A DNA stretch of 56,698 nucleotides, filler included, from Catajapyx aquilonaris (GCA_000934665.2; 2 parts of 2 records of this genome joined end to end with filler, not necessarily neighbours in it); one strand, 5' to 3'. Positions 13,990 through 28,055 are shown, counted from the whole stretch's first letter. The notes: a model not told the origin generated them from the letters alone. A program made the numbers and translations.

Positions 13990-16664
13990 CAACCCACTTT
14001 TCCTTGGGATTCTCAAATATCAAACTTTGTGAGGAAGCGATTTAGGCGACAAATTGGGGTTGGGAGGATGGGAATTCGTAAAATGAAGGGGGGAATTCGC
14101 ACGTTTTAAATTCCTTATCACGAATCGCATCAGAGGAGCTGAGCACCATTCGAATGCTACCAGAGTAATTAGGACCAAGACATGAATCAAGACATGATTA
14201 CGTTTTGCGGCGAAGCAGGCCAACGAACGTTATTGTGGCTTTCCATTCGGTCCACCCATTTGGACGCGCTCTCTGTATTGCCTCGCTCCCTCCACTTCGT
14301 CGCGTACGAAAGATCATCCTAAAAATCTTACGTACGATATCAGCATAGATTTCCTACAAATTGTGTAGGTTGTACCAAAACTATCACATAGATGGCGCAT
14401 ACTCCCACTCGAGGTATTACTCACCCCGGACAAACAGAGGCACAGACCCAAGTACATTCGATCTTACATATTACAGTATATCGATACATTTGTTTTCTAC
14501 TGTAGATAGATAATGAAGTTGGTCTGGTCCGTAAACCACTCTGACGAAAATAATGTAGATAGATAATTTGCAAGGTAGATGTAATGAGAGGCACTGATTC
14601 GTCTTCTCTGGTATATAGGGACAACTGTTGGTTCTTTTTCTTAACTTCCGCCGCTCTTTCCGGTGGGAAAGCCTCCGACTTGACGGATCTATTAGGTTCC
14701 ATTTCCTTCGGAGGAGAAGCCCCCCACCTTACCCTCTCCCCATCCACCCCCATCGGTTGGAAACAAGAAGGCTCACAAACGAGCAATTAAGGTCTGCTTC
14801 CATTCGATTTCCGCAAAATCCCTGCGGACTCAGTAACGCAGACAGCAACGGGGAGTCCCCGCAAAAAAAAAAAACATTCGCAAAAAAAAAAATCCGCTCG
14901 CTTAAAAAAGAGGAATGTGGGCTTACATCCTTTCTCTTTGCGGCTGTGTAGTCAATAACTCAGCTGCCATTGTCTACTCCATCTAGTCCGCATTTATCCC
15001 GTTTTAATTAGACAAGTAGCGTGCGAATCGAGTGTTCTCATGTTCTACTAAAGCCCTAATAATAATTCGCAATTCTTGGCATTAAGCCGTTCATTGTAAC
15101 CAACAACAGTAATGAATTTTACAATAAAAAGCTAATGAATTAACGATAGTTCAATCAATCAATTAATTAAAAAATACTTTATTCAATTAACAGATTTACT
15201 TGTAATAATCACTTAATAATCATTACACAATTACAGTAAGTACCATACACTGATTGAGCATGAACACATTAATTTCCTGCAATTAGAACTAATTTGCGCA
15301 ATTCGTGTACAATGTTTTTTTTTGCACTTACTCGACCAGTTTTCAACAATGTGGATTACATTTTCCTGCATTCAAATTCTTGTTAAATGTCTCGATTTAC
15401 GAATTTTGTGATTCCAATATTTTGCTCATGCTTGCAAGAGAACAGCTCTTTTGAATCAGCGTGGACATGCAATTATTGTAAAAATGATACGAATGGCCAC
15501 ACCTACGCTTTAGGCCACACTGAAATAACGTTTCAATTGTACGTCCCGTTTCTCATTTACTATGCATTTCCATGCAACAATAACACGTCGCCTAACCGCG
15601 CTTTTGATAGAGAAAAATAATAAGCCGCCATTATTTTTTCTCTCTTTCCCAGCAGTCCTTCCATTCATATGACAAAGTATATCCGAACCCGGATGTACAC
15701 CACGTGAACTAATCAGCTTTACCTTCAGGCACCTTCCGCTCGTTTTCCAGCTCTTGTATTTTACCCCTCCCACCAACGTCGGGGGGCTTTTTGTACAGTG
15801 CAGCATCCATTTTTGCACCGGAATGGCTTCCAGGGCGACGAAATAATCGGGTCCCTCTGTCTAGGTCATTAGTCAACCATGCAGGCTCCATCATGCCTGC
15901 GATGCGCCATTTTCCTCTCCTTATATTCCACTACAGAAGTCATCATATCCATAGAATTTCCCTTAACCAGTGTGTCTGTGCCTGTATTTGTGCACGTAGT
16001 ACTACTTCCTCTCGCATGATCCTCAGAGTGGCAGTAGTGTGTAGAGAAGGAGGATGCGCCATCTATGTGAGATTCATATTACTATGTACACAATCGGCCA
16101 ATTGTGGCACGATTACTCCCGTTTTCAATCTCATAATCAAATTATCGGTATCATAATATCCGAATTTGAGAACAATTTTTTTAAACAACTTCCAATATGG
16201 CCTCCAACACCCTGTGACACTGACATTGAGTGAAGATTGTGGAGAAGTAGCATCTGGTTGGCTCCCATTACACAGGCTGATTTTGGCCTAAATCCTGGTT
16301 CAAATCAACGCAAAGCTCGGTCTTGTCCCCATTTTAGACAGCTTTTCCACTAGCGTGACCACCTACTGGATTTTGCCTATCGGAGTATCCGGATCCCCCA
16401 CCGGACAATCCGGAACAGATTAATGGCGTATCGTAGTGTGCCAAGGACAACCCGGTGTTACGAGGAATGACGCATTCTCTTTACACAAAACCAACAAAGA
16501 GTTAACGGCATGGCAATTAGTTTGCTGATATGGCACTTAGACAACCATTAGCTCTTAACAGTTGGAGAAATCAGACAAAAACATTACCGGTACGGTAGAA
16601 CTAATTGTGATAAGAGTGAGAAAAATTCGGTATTTCAATATCAAACAGAAATCGCTTCTAGTAA

Positions 16665-17365
16665 AAAAATAGCTGGTATTGCGAGTCAAAAATAGTGGTA
16701 ATCACTGCTAGTAAAATAGCGTGATAACTGCTATTTTCGACTAGTCTATTAGTAATCACTGCTAGTGGAAAATAGCAGCGATTGCAAGTCAAATGTAGCA
16801 GTAATCACTAAGTGTATAATGCCTGTAACCACTGCTATTTATGACTACTAGGCACCAACTTGCCAAGATTTGGCAATTCTTTGGCAAAATTGCGAAAGTG
16901 GAGAGAGAGAGACGCGGACGAGGCAGCGACATCCGACGGCGAAGTACCGAAGTAAGACGGTGCGGAGGTAGCGCCCGCCGCCGGAACGGCGTTTATGGGA
17001 ACTCCGTGGTGGTTGGTTTTTTTAGGCGGTCGGCGTTTTTTTGCGTTTTATAAATTCCCTGGACCCTTTTCCAAAAAAAGTTTATTGCAAATATATGACA
17101 TCACTTCCAATGCTGTAGGCCGTATACAGCGGGAGGAATCGCCATCACGGTAGAATAGATTAGCAATCCCTGCTAGTCGAAAATGGCAGTGATTTCGGGT
17201 CGAAAATAGCAGTGACCACTGCAGTGATTATCTCTATTTTTTACTGCAAGTGATCACTGCGAGTCAAAAAGCCGCGATCGCTGCTAGTAAATATTGCCGT
17301 TATTATTGTTAGTCGAAAATAGCTGTGATTATTATTGTTAGTCGAAAATAGCAGTGATTATAGAA
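16665..17365. repeat. Degenerate minisatellite (CTGCTAGTCGAAAATAGCAGTGATT-like) interrupted by a GC-rich insert at about 16855-17160
   Basis: Repeated AAAATAGCAGTGAT / ATCACTGCTAGT blocks in both orientations on either side of the insert; near-exact 29-bp duplication at about 17301-17360. Confidence 0.65.
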
Positions 17366-18301
17366 AACTTACTCTAGCGGCAAATGCGCGAGTAAGCAAA
17401 AAGGAACATCTGGCTTGAAGTGATTATTCACACAAGAGTTTATCGCAGGTCGCAGTTCCAGTCCAATTTCCACCAACTTCATCCTCACTGCTGGTCCACA
17501 TCTGGCCAGAATGTCTCTCATTGTGCTTCGGGTTTTATCTCGACTTTGCAAACACTTCGAGGCAACTTGTACACATTACTTGCCCCCACTTTTTTTCCCC
17601 CCCAACTGACTCTTCCCTCTTTTCTTAGCCTAACAAAAGGCTGGTCTGATAGGGATATCTTAACATTCCAAGGAGCCACATTACCCTCCTTCCAGCCAAG
17701 ACACTTCAAGACACGTCTCCACCGGTTTATAAATGAGGTCCTCTCTCGAAACTCCACACTTGGTCCCCCCCCCCTTCCCCTTTCCCCTTTCAACCCCTCC
17801 CCTTGAACTTTCTCTCAAACTCCTTAATCTCGATAAACGCGGACTGTGTAATTACTTCGTTAATTTTGCAACTTAGTCCGACTTACTCCCTTTTCTGAAC
17901 CTGGCCTAGACTTGCAACCCCCTTTTGATTTTCTAGAGCTGAGCTAAGATGTTCTCTCTCTGTGTGTGTGCAGGCACAACAACCGCTTCCCCATAATTTC
18001 CTCCAAATGACTCTGAATTGGACACGCACCATGGCTTTCTCTCCATCTCTTTCTCCTCTTTTTCTTTTTGTCTTAGCTGGCCTCTCCTAGAATGTACCAA
18101 ATGAAGACTTTGGAGTGCAGCTCTTGTGGTGCCCCTGCATTATTTATGACCTCACTCTCGCCACCAGACAGTTTGTCTTGGACTTGGGCTGTTTACTTCG
18201 CTCTGTACTGCCAGGGCTAAGAAATTGGACCAGCAACAATTGGAGAGGGGCTTCGAGTCCGATCCAATATAGGAGAAAATATTTGACGTTTCCATCAAAT
18301 A

Positions 18302-18450
18302 TTAGGTCAGGTAAGGTCAGGTTAGTTATGGTTACACAAACAACCCAGTTATGTTAGGTCAGGTCAGATCAGGTTGTTAGGTCAGGTTAGGTCAGGGTAG
18401 TGAAGGGTAGGTTTATTACGAACAAAATATCAGGGTAGTTAGGGTAGGTT
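18302..18450 (+). repeat. Degenerate (TTAGG/TCAGG)n pentamer tract
   Basis: ttaggtcaggtaaggtcaggttag ... gttaggtcaggtcagatcagg ... ttaggtcaggttaggtcagg. Confidence 0.7.
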
Positions 18451-21400
18451 TTATATGAACTAAAAATTACGAATGCCCCCCAAAATATGCAACATACACA
18501 TTTCCTAATTGCAACATTGTCTCTTACACACACAAGGTTCATGCGCAAAATGCGGCCATATTTTTTGTTAAAAAACTGGACACAGGGGTTTGGAGGTGGC
18601 ACAGGGAGGGTTTGAATATGTTCTGGTGGCCATGAATGAATGCAATTACACAAGCTAATTAAAAACGGTCATATACGTTGTGAAGGGGGAGGCCTGGTCT
18701 ATATGAGTAAGTCTGCAGTGGGCTGGAAATTGAGTTAGCCGAGCATTGGCGCGCATTACTGGGTGGGGCCAACCAGTCAAAATTACACCGTCGGCCTGTC
18801 TACCCGGCTCTTTCCCACTCAATCCAAGGATTAACCAGTTTGATGGGGACTCTCGCGGAAGCTCGCCTCTCACCCCACTTAGCCTTCAACCGGCGGGGAA
18901 TCCCCGTCACTCTTTTCTCTTCCCGACCCGACCGCTCAGGGGACAGGATTTTCCCGCCTCCCGAGCTTTTGACAGGGATCCAAAAACCGGATCAGCCCCG
19001 GAGGATTATCTCGCGCCGTCTATAAACCCCTCGGGGGGGTGGAAACCTGGTTTTAATATGTGCCGAGTACATTATGGCTCCAGGAGTTAAGGTACTATGT
19101 GCATTAACGGCCCTGAGGGAATAGGGGTTTTGTTATAACGGTCGTAATAATTGTTGCTGTCCGGTGTCATTGTCGCATTAGTCAGGAGCTCCTAAAGGTT
19201 TGGGCTCGTAAATCCATGGTGTTAATGCATCGTTACGGGATTGTAACGATTGTTGTAGATGCCTGTAACTTTAGTGGCGGATGTTGTCCTCATTCGAACT
19301 ACTGTTTGTCTGAATACATCAGCTGACAGGTTTTCTGTTGGGGGGAAAAGTTAACAGCTTCATATAAACGTCACTGCCAACGTAATTATTTCAACTTTAG
19401 TGAAAAATAATAGCAGTTATCATTATTTGCTAATAATATTTTGTACAGAAAAATAATTGAATCGCCTGATAGAACAAGAGCCCATGTCTACCATATATCC
19501 ACCTGGACAGGGACCCTTGTTCTATTCATCTATTTTCTATTGGGTGATTCAATTATTGCTTTTTAAAATACCATCTAGTTATTATTTCAGTAGACTATGT
19601 TATTATTGGCTGAAATTCAAAATAGACGTTAATTTAATTAGTTATGAATGCCTTCTATTCAAAATGGAAGTTAATTATTAATTACTCCAACTAACTCGTT
19701 TTGCTTTAAATAGTTAGTTATTACTACCTAGTTAGTTATAAGTTGTTTTACCTAGCTAGTTATTTCTTATTTTACCTAGGTAGTTATCAACTTCTATTCA
19801 AAAAGCACTATTATTATGTACACGCTGTTGGTAAAATCCTGTCTACTATTTTTCGCAGTATAATTTCCTATTATTTTGTTAGAAGAGTATAATTATTATC
19901 GACCTTATATTATTGTGGATTGAGCTTTTTGGCTTCGACTTTAAGAATGTTTCGCATACATATCGTAGATGTTTTTCGCAATGCAATTTTCCAAGAAGTG
20001 GGGAGGTTTTTTTTTAGCAGACCTCGAGTGAGGGATACAGCGACGGATAAAAAAACGATCCATAGAGAATTGTTGAAAACGCGGAGAAAGAACTAGAGTA
20101 GTATGCGAACCGAAGGAGACAAGCACGTGCCCGTATTTCCCCGGAGGAAATGGGGAGTGTCGGCCTCGCAAAAAAGAAAAAAAAGGCCGCTTCCTGATTT
20201 CAGACCTGGAAGGATAGTGTATACAGAGCTTGGCAAGAAAACGCGAAAAGCAAAGTTTGCACTTCTCTTCCAGCACCTCGATTTACACAAAACACAGTTT
20301 TTTTTTCCAGGGCTCACAAGCAGTTTCTTGTCAGCCAAAATAAGCCTCAACGTTTTAGGCATGTTACGAGCACCCCCTCAAAAATATTTATGCTTCCAAT
20401 AATCGTCGTAACAAATTGTTCGCGGAAAACCAGGGGGTAGTAGTATACACTGGGCGTAAATCACCCGAGGATAAATTTTTAAAATTACTGGTTCGTGACC
20501 GGACCGCATTTTTCATCGTCCCTTCTGTTGGCCCCTGCTGGACTTGAACATGTGCAAACGAACGGTTTTCCGCTGCCGAAATGACATCACTTTCATGCAA
20601 CGCATACCGTATCAAAAAACAAGATCTTGTGCTGCTGCTACTACTCGTAAACCCATTTGCCGCGTAACAGTCGCGCGTAACTTTAGTGCCAGTAGTTCCT
20701 ATTTTATTAAACGCGACAGTGTTTTTCCTCCACTTACGTTTCGAACAAACTGCTAACCAGAGGATAACAATGTGCAAATGTAAATTAATTAATTATATAA
20801 TTAATGTCTCATGTATATATACGGGAAAGTTTCTAATAATGTTTGTTTGTCCCGGATACCTCAATCACTTCCGGACTACTGAGAGTACTAAATCTTGGCA
20901 CACCGATGGCTTGCATGTCGCTGATTGAGGGAAGAGTCCGAAACACGCACTTTTTTAGTCTAAATGTCCAACTTTTTGGTGCCTGATTTGCGGTAATTCT
21001 TACACGCACCACAGATGGCGCTACTTGTCATGTATAGAATTGGATAGACGTGACTTTCTCCCTACACGCGTTGACTCATCACCAACGTGCATGTAGTTAC
21101 TACTTGGTGGCAGTAGTCTGCAGAGAGGGAGGACGGGCGCCGTCTGGTTGTGGCAAATCATAATACTTTCAAGTGCGTGGCGGGCTGGGCAGTGTTGCCA
21201 AATTTTGGATGGATTCACTATACTGGTAAATAAATAAAAAATTTTTTTTGGAAGTTTGTCTCCGTCGCTTACGAAACACCCTTTACAGCCCCCTTGCATG
21301 AGCATTTCCTATCTTCCAGCACACTTTGAAATCACTCACTCTTCAGAGCAGCACCGCGGGGCCCTCTGCTGTTTTTCTGCGTGCGAATCTTTTGCTTCCG

Positions 21401-24400
21401 TGCAAATTGGTTCACTGCGGGTGGCCCGCCTGCACAGGAGCCAACCGCCGGGAGCCTCCACCACACACACAAAAAATATAAGAAAATCTGAAAGACTGCA
21501 CCTGGTTTTTCGGAACTTACAGTAAAAAACTTGGAGGAATCGATGAGAATATTGGATTTTTGAATCTTTTTTTGCGATAGCAACCACACTCTTTGGCCAT
21601 GCTTTGGCCTCAGGTTGGTCATTGCAAAAATATACATATATTTATGGTTGCTGGTTGAATATATGCCAATGATGCAAAAAATAGGCCGAAACTATAGTTC
21701 ACTGCAAAAATAAATCCTGTAGCTAACACTTCTAGATTCCTTTGTTTCGCGAAACTATGCCCGCTGGTATTTAGACGAGCTTTGTTGAATCCAACACTAC
21801 CAGGAGAAAAAAAATGTTTTTCAACCTAATCCTACTGTACATTTTGAAAAATGCAGATTATATTATTTGAGCATATTTGTGCCGAGAACAATGCAACAAA
21901 ACATTTTTCAGAAAATAATATGAATGAAAATAAACCCGAAAAAATATGATGGCAGTTTCATTGTGTATATTAAGATCCATAAAAAATTGTGTAGTTTATT
22001 TTCGATAAATACTGAATGCTCATGAATTAGACAGTTGTTATGTTGAAATTTTCCCGCCGAATTTTAACCCTTGTGATGTTAACAGACTTTCAAGTGTTTG
22101 TGCAGAAGGCGTCGAAATAGAACTGACTTCTTCATCTCTTTAAAATCCTGAGCCTAAAACCGTCTTCCTCTCAGTCCCATTTGACTCCCACTTGGTCCCT
22201 CGTAAAATCGTTTGCAATCCTACTCGATCCTCTTCATGATCTCCCAAGAATCCGGCAGCCTTGTTACCGAGGCAATTCTAACCGCTTTAGATTCAGAAAA
22301 TGGTGGACTGTATACTTTTTCCAACTGCTCTGGCTAAGCCGGAAAAAGGGAAATCAATTTGGGCCCCTTCCTCTGTTTTAATCTGCTCTCTCCAGCATAG
22401 TACATACAGTACTCGCATATAATCCAGGGATTGCTCATCACTTAAACATGCGACCAAGCAAAGAAGTCCCCCATCGAGTCCGGCAAACAAAATGTGTTTC
22501 CAAGCTTTCGGATGGAACTGATGCATTATGAAAGGCACTTGTAGCAAGATAATGCGTTTTATCTTTGTTGGTATAGCCTTGTGTCCATTCTGCATGTAAT
22601 AGACTCGCAATTCTCGAGAAAATAATTGGATGTTTACACAGCAGGTCAGCGGTTCATGAACAATCCTATAGAAAGAAGTTTGTTGGGTCTGTGTCTCTGT
22701 TTGTCCGTGGTGAGTCATCAGTAGTATGCAGACGCGCCATCTAGATGTGAGAGTTGGTCAAAAATTAATATTTTAAAATTCACACGGAATGTTGACCCCT
22801 CTGCTACATACACGCTGGGGAAAAAAATTCGCGTGCTATTTGTGCGGTTGCGAATATCCGCTGGTGCTCGAGAGTCGTCACATACACAGGGCACCATATG
22901 TCTCGGACTGCTCAGGCGTCCCAAAGTATCCGCAAAAAAATGGTACTATTTTTTTTTAGGGACAAACATATTTGCGGGGGAAAACTAGTGTAGCAGTCCA
23001 ACTCTCGCTTTTTTTTTAGTGAGAGGGGGGGAAAGGGGGGTCAGCGATTTTTGGAAGCCATGCACGTTGCGTAATTCGCAGGAAATTACTAGCATACCGC
23101 ATCCGACTAGGGTTATGGCCCTGTGGTACGCTTTTTTTTAGCGCAGACATTTTTCATATTCAACCCTTTAAAAATATTGCAGACATTTTTTAACCAATCT
23201 GGCAGGGTTTCGCGAAATCTGTCCAATGGTTAAAGGATGCCTTTCCATTACAAACCGCTGAATAAACACCAGGAAGATGAGATTTTTGCGAAATAATTGT
23301 GCGTTACTTCCAGGTCGAATTAAAGGGCTCCGGATAAATTTCGCAAACTGCAAGTGGTTTATAAAAATGATGCGACGAAGCCTGATCTCATTGGACCGTG
23401 CGGTTTATGTGGAGAGTAATTGCTCTCTGTGTCTCATTATTTTTTTAAAAATAGCGAGGGTGATTGCAATGCTTATTGCAAATTTTCCTCGCGAAATTGA
23501 GGATCCGGAGTTTGGGGGGAAAATAACGCAAACAAGATTCACCTGGCCGTCATTTACACCCGTTACCTGTGGGTATGCATACCATCCATGAAAAAATGAG
23601 ATGAAAATAAAGCGTATGCAACACGAACAAAAATATAAATTTAGTTCAAATTAATACACCAAGAAACATGAAATAAATATTACATATTGGCATATTGACA
23701 TGAACAAATATTAAATAAATATATAAAATAAACGCATAGGTTAAATAATACAAAATAGTGAGTAAGGATAAATAAAAGAAAATGAACTGTCACTTATTAA
23801 TTTAAACTGTTGCTATAAAAATAATTGCATCACCTTTTCCAACTATAGCCAAATTCTTCCTGGTCCTCTCTAAAAACAACGTGTATCCAGGGTATACCAG
23901 AAAGTACACAGAGTGTGCAAAACATATGCAAATTGTGTCTCACATTGTGTACACAAATTGTGTCTTCATCATACACTATAGTATGTGTACAAAGAATAAT
24001 ATAGACACGTTGTGTATGAAATTTGCACATAATACTTTTAGAAAGTACAGTGGAATTGTGTTTTAATTCCGGATAATTCCGTAAACTTTGTTTCTGATCC
24101 TGGTCACGTTCAGAAAGATATTTTTTCAAAATGAATTTGATGTCAGATTAAAATTAGCAGCCGCTCAGAGCCTGGAGTTATTATGATCACCATAGTCGAT
24201 TGACGTAAAAACCGGGCATTACTTTAATTCCAGTTTCAGTCCCACAATCCTGTCAATTCCGGGGGTGGAGGCAACAACAAAAAACGAGAGTAATAATCCC
24301 TCATCTCTTGTTCAGTAATCTTTGACTAATGTGCCTTAATTCTGCTACGAGGGGAAAAGCTTATGGTTTCCAGCGATGAAACTGCCACTCGTGACACTCT

Positions 24401-25010
24401 CTCGGATCAGGGAGCTTATGATCATTCGCAATTTTTTTAAAAAACGGAGATCTAATATATTATGTGCAGGACCATTTTTGGGGGGAGCGATTTTTGTCCC
24501 CAGTGCTCAGTGCTTATTGACGTATCGGGCAGGACAGCGCAAGGCGACAGTGGCGTGTGTTTGGGCGGTAATGCGACCGAAGGGGACACGCAAAAGCCTT
24601 CTTCACTCTCACTCCATTAGTGCCCAAACATAAATCACGGTTGGGGGCTAACCTGCACTCTGGCCTGTGCTCGGAGGTAGGGGTAGGATTAAAACCCCAA
24701 CTAAGGCCCGGTATTAAGTGTATGGAAGCTTTTTCGGGGGGGTCCTCTTCCTCCCGAAAAAAAAAAAAGTAGAGCAAGTGCTTCAATTCTTCATTAAGAA
24801 TGTTTGCAGTGGTGATTATTGACGAATGGGGTGGGGCTCGAGTAGAGTTCAGCGAACTTAATATGAGCATGTAATTAACTCGTCGGCTGGCCCACAGTGC
24901 TAAGGAGAAAAGTCCATGATGCATAAGTAATATGTGGCGTACACCTGGCGTGCGACAATTTGTTCATAAGCTAGCGAGAAGAGGTTTTTCGCCACGATTT
25001 TTAGCATCGA

Positions 25011-25440
25011 AATACTGGAAGTGTCAGAAAATCTGACTGCTGTGTCCTTATGCGCATGCGTGTTTAGCAGCGACCCCATTGGTTCACTGCCAGCCAATGG
25101 GATCTCTGCTAGACGCGGATGCGCAGAAGGCCAATCACGTTTTCGGACATGGCCAATTTTTAATTATAACGAAAAACTGGCAGTGTCCAAAAAAAAGTGA
25201 GTTCCGTGCCATTAAGCGCATGCGCGTCTAGCCGCAACACTGTTGGCTGCGGTTGGCTGGCTGGTGAGCCAATCGGGCCTCCTGCGCATGCGTGTCTATC
25301 AGGGACTCCTCCCGCCCCATTGGCTCACTACCAGCCAATGAGATTGCGGCTAGACGCGCATGCGCATAATGGCACTGGCATCACATTTTCGGACACAACC
25401 CGTTATTTCTTTATAATGGAAAACTGTCCGTGTCCGAAAG
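25011..25440. repeat. Tandem foldback (palindromic) units rich in GCGCATGCG
   Basis: Two hairpin units (about 25011-25160 and 25171-25408) bounded by GTGTC.GAAA / TTTCGGACAC-like ends and separated by TTATAA; a third start lies at about 25418. Confidence 0.7.
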
Positions 25441-28055
25441 AGTACGCAAAAATCGTCCCATTTAACCTGTAGTCCCAACAATTAGGCGGAATAGCATGAT
25501 ATCGCAAGACAATAAAGTAGAAGCGACAAAAAAATGAGCGACGGAAGGGGTCAACGTCTCTATAAATTATTCGCAAATAATTTGACAGTTTAAGACCTAA
25601 GCGTGTGGAATTAATCATCATGTCCGTGCCCGCAATTCATGAGGAGGAATATACAGAACATTGCTCCTCGTCTGAAGGGAAAATAAAGCCAGCTCCCCCG
25701 ATAATTAGGCCCATTCTAATACCGGGAGCGATTATGACCCAAAAAAGGACCAACTCTTTTTTTTTTTGGGGGGGGGGGGGNGGGGGGGGGGGGTAGTTCC
25801 TGGGAGCGAAAAAACTATTTTCTCCTGGGCGATAATCTCTCCATCGCTGTAAATGTCAGGGGCTGGCGTTTGGACTTCCAGCTGGGAGATGTAAAGAGTT
25901 TGACGAGCTGGAGTCCTGTCCCAATTTCCAGACTCAGCATGGACTCTCCAGAGAGGAAACAAAATGTCAGACTCTTGGGAGGGAAGACACTTACCTACTG
26001 TATGTACACAAAAATAATTTACAAAAAGATATTCAAAATCTGGTCAGAGATTAATCACACCGTCTAGGTAGATGTAGCGAATAATTAAAATTATTGTAAA
26101 TAAATACAAACTTTCATACTGGAGAGTGCGAAACCCTTAATATTTGATATCTTTTTATGGTACATCGCAAAATATTGATCATCCAGCGCAAATAAATCTC
26201 TCGGGAAAAGTTTCGGAACAAATCCACCTTTCAATACACGGTATTCCTTACTCTTTTATTCCCTTCCATACTTCCTCCAAAAAAAAAAGATGCAGTGTCT
26301 ATAAATTTATAGCTCTTAAATCATCGTAGCAGAGTGCTTTCACTGGTATAAAGTCACTGGAATTCCATCGACAACTCCAGTCTTTGCCTTTTATGAAATC
26401 GATAAGTTATCAACTCCCACCTGAAATGGAGACATAAATCTACCCGTTAATCCAGTCGCCATTTTTTTTGCATGTAACATTGCAAAATTCTGCGACAAAT
26501 TATCTCGGGCAAACTATACATTTGCATTTTTGTGCGTCTATATTTTGTTGTCTCCCTGCGTGTGTGTGTTGGGTTAAGCAGTTATGAGCTTATGACCACG
26601 TGAGCATAATGACTTGCAAATTGTCCTATGTGCAAGTGCGCCTTGTTCTGTTTAGACTTTATCTCCTCCCTCCCCCCTCCGGTTCAGAAATTTATCCGGA
26701 GTTGGGATCTTTTTCAACCCACACGTATACACAATCGTGTTGACTTAAACTGCTTTTCGTGAAATACGGCACTGCCGCTTTTATTACCGTCTGCCCCTGT
26801 TATTATCATATTTGTGTCATGAAGATCGAGTTGGTTGGACGGAAAACAACTTGGCGATATATTGTGGGCAACGAGCCTGAACGGTTCATTATTCAGTCGG
26901 ATTTAAGCTGGATTTGAATCATTCATTTTTTTAAAACTTAAAAGGCATTTCATTATTTATTATTATGTTGTAATTTTTATTATATACTAGTATTGTACTG
27001 TCGGTTGTTTTATTTTATTGCACTTTATTTCTATTATTCGAAAATGGATTTCAAGTAATTTAAAACTGAATATCTTTTGATTTATTTGATTATATGCGTA
27101 GATATCTCCAAATTAATAATTGTTATTGTATAAATGTACTAATTATTAATTTGTAATAAATTAGTGATTGTATTGTTTAGTTTTGTTTTAAATGATGTGA
27201 AGTATTTATTCTTGCAAAAAATATTGTCATACACTGTATGACAATATTTTAATACAATATAAAATAATAATATTATGCATACTGTATGACATACAGTATG
27301 CATAATATTATTATATTATATTTATTATGTAGACTTTTAAAAAGGTACACTAACAAACTTACTCTTAAAGGGATTTAATTTCGTATTTAATTTCTTGAAC
27401 GGTAGACTACGCGTCGCATTTGAATTTTCGATACGTAGGTTAAATGTAATTTAATCCAGGCATACTTTATATCAAGTTGTTGCATGACTAAATATTGCTC
27501 TTGGTTGTAATAATATTTCAATAATTAGTTAAATTTTGAGTAAGTGCATTAACGACTCAATTTAAGGGGAGGTTGTTTCCCAAATTGCAGCTTGCAAACT
27601 CTTGTATTACAAGTACTGGTTCATCACTTAGGCCCCCTACTTTATAGGGAAATGTCATGTTTATGTATTTTATGCCGCCTTATATGCTGACTTTGAGAAG
27701 GTTAGTTCGAACATGGTAGCCAAAAATTATGGGAGGAGACACTTTTCTGCTGGATATTTTCTCCAGAAATTTTGAAATAATGTAGGGCTAAAAAATAACT
27801 CAATAAATAATGTGAAGGAACATATCAATAGCCTTCATTTATCGTCATTTGGCTATTCATAGATCATGAAAAGTTACTTTCCTCCTAACTTTTATAAAGA
27901 AATAATAAACAACAAACCTAATAATAAATTATAAATAGCATATTCACAATAAATAATATAATTATATAATTATATAGATATTGTGTAGGCCTACAAATGA
28001 AACAAAATACAATTTATCACTAAAATATACCGGTATGTATAAATAAAATAATCTA

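Noticed and set aside
25768..25793. Long G runs with a single N (also near 38385) as G-quadruplex elements
   Set aside because: The embedded N indicates unresolved homopolymer or scaffold joins, so the length is unreliable.
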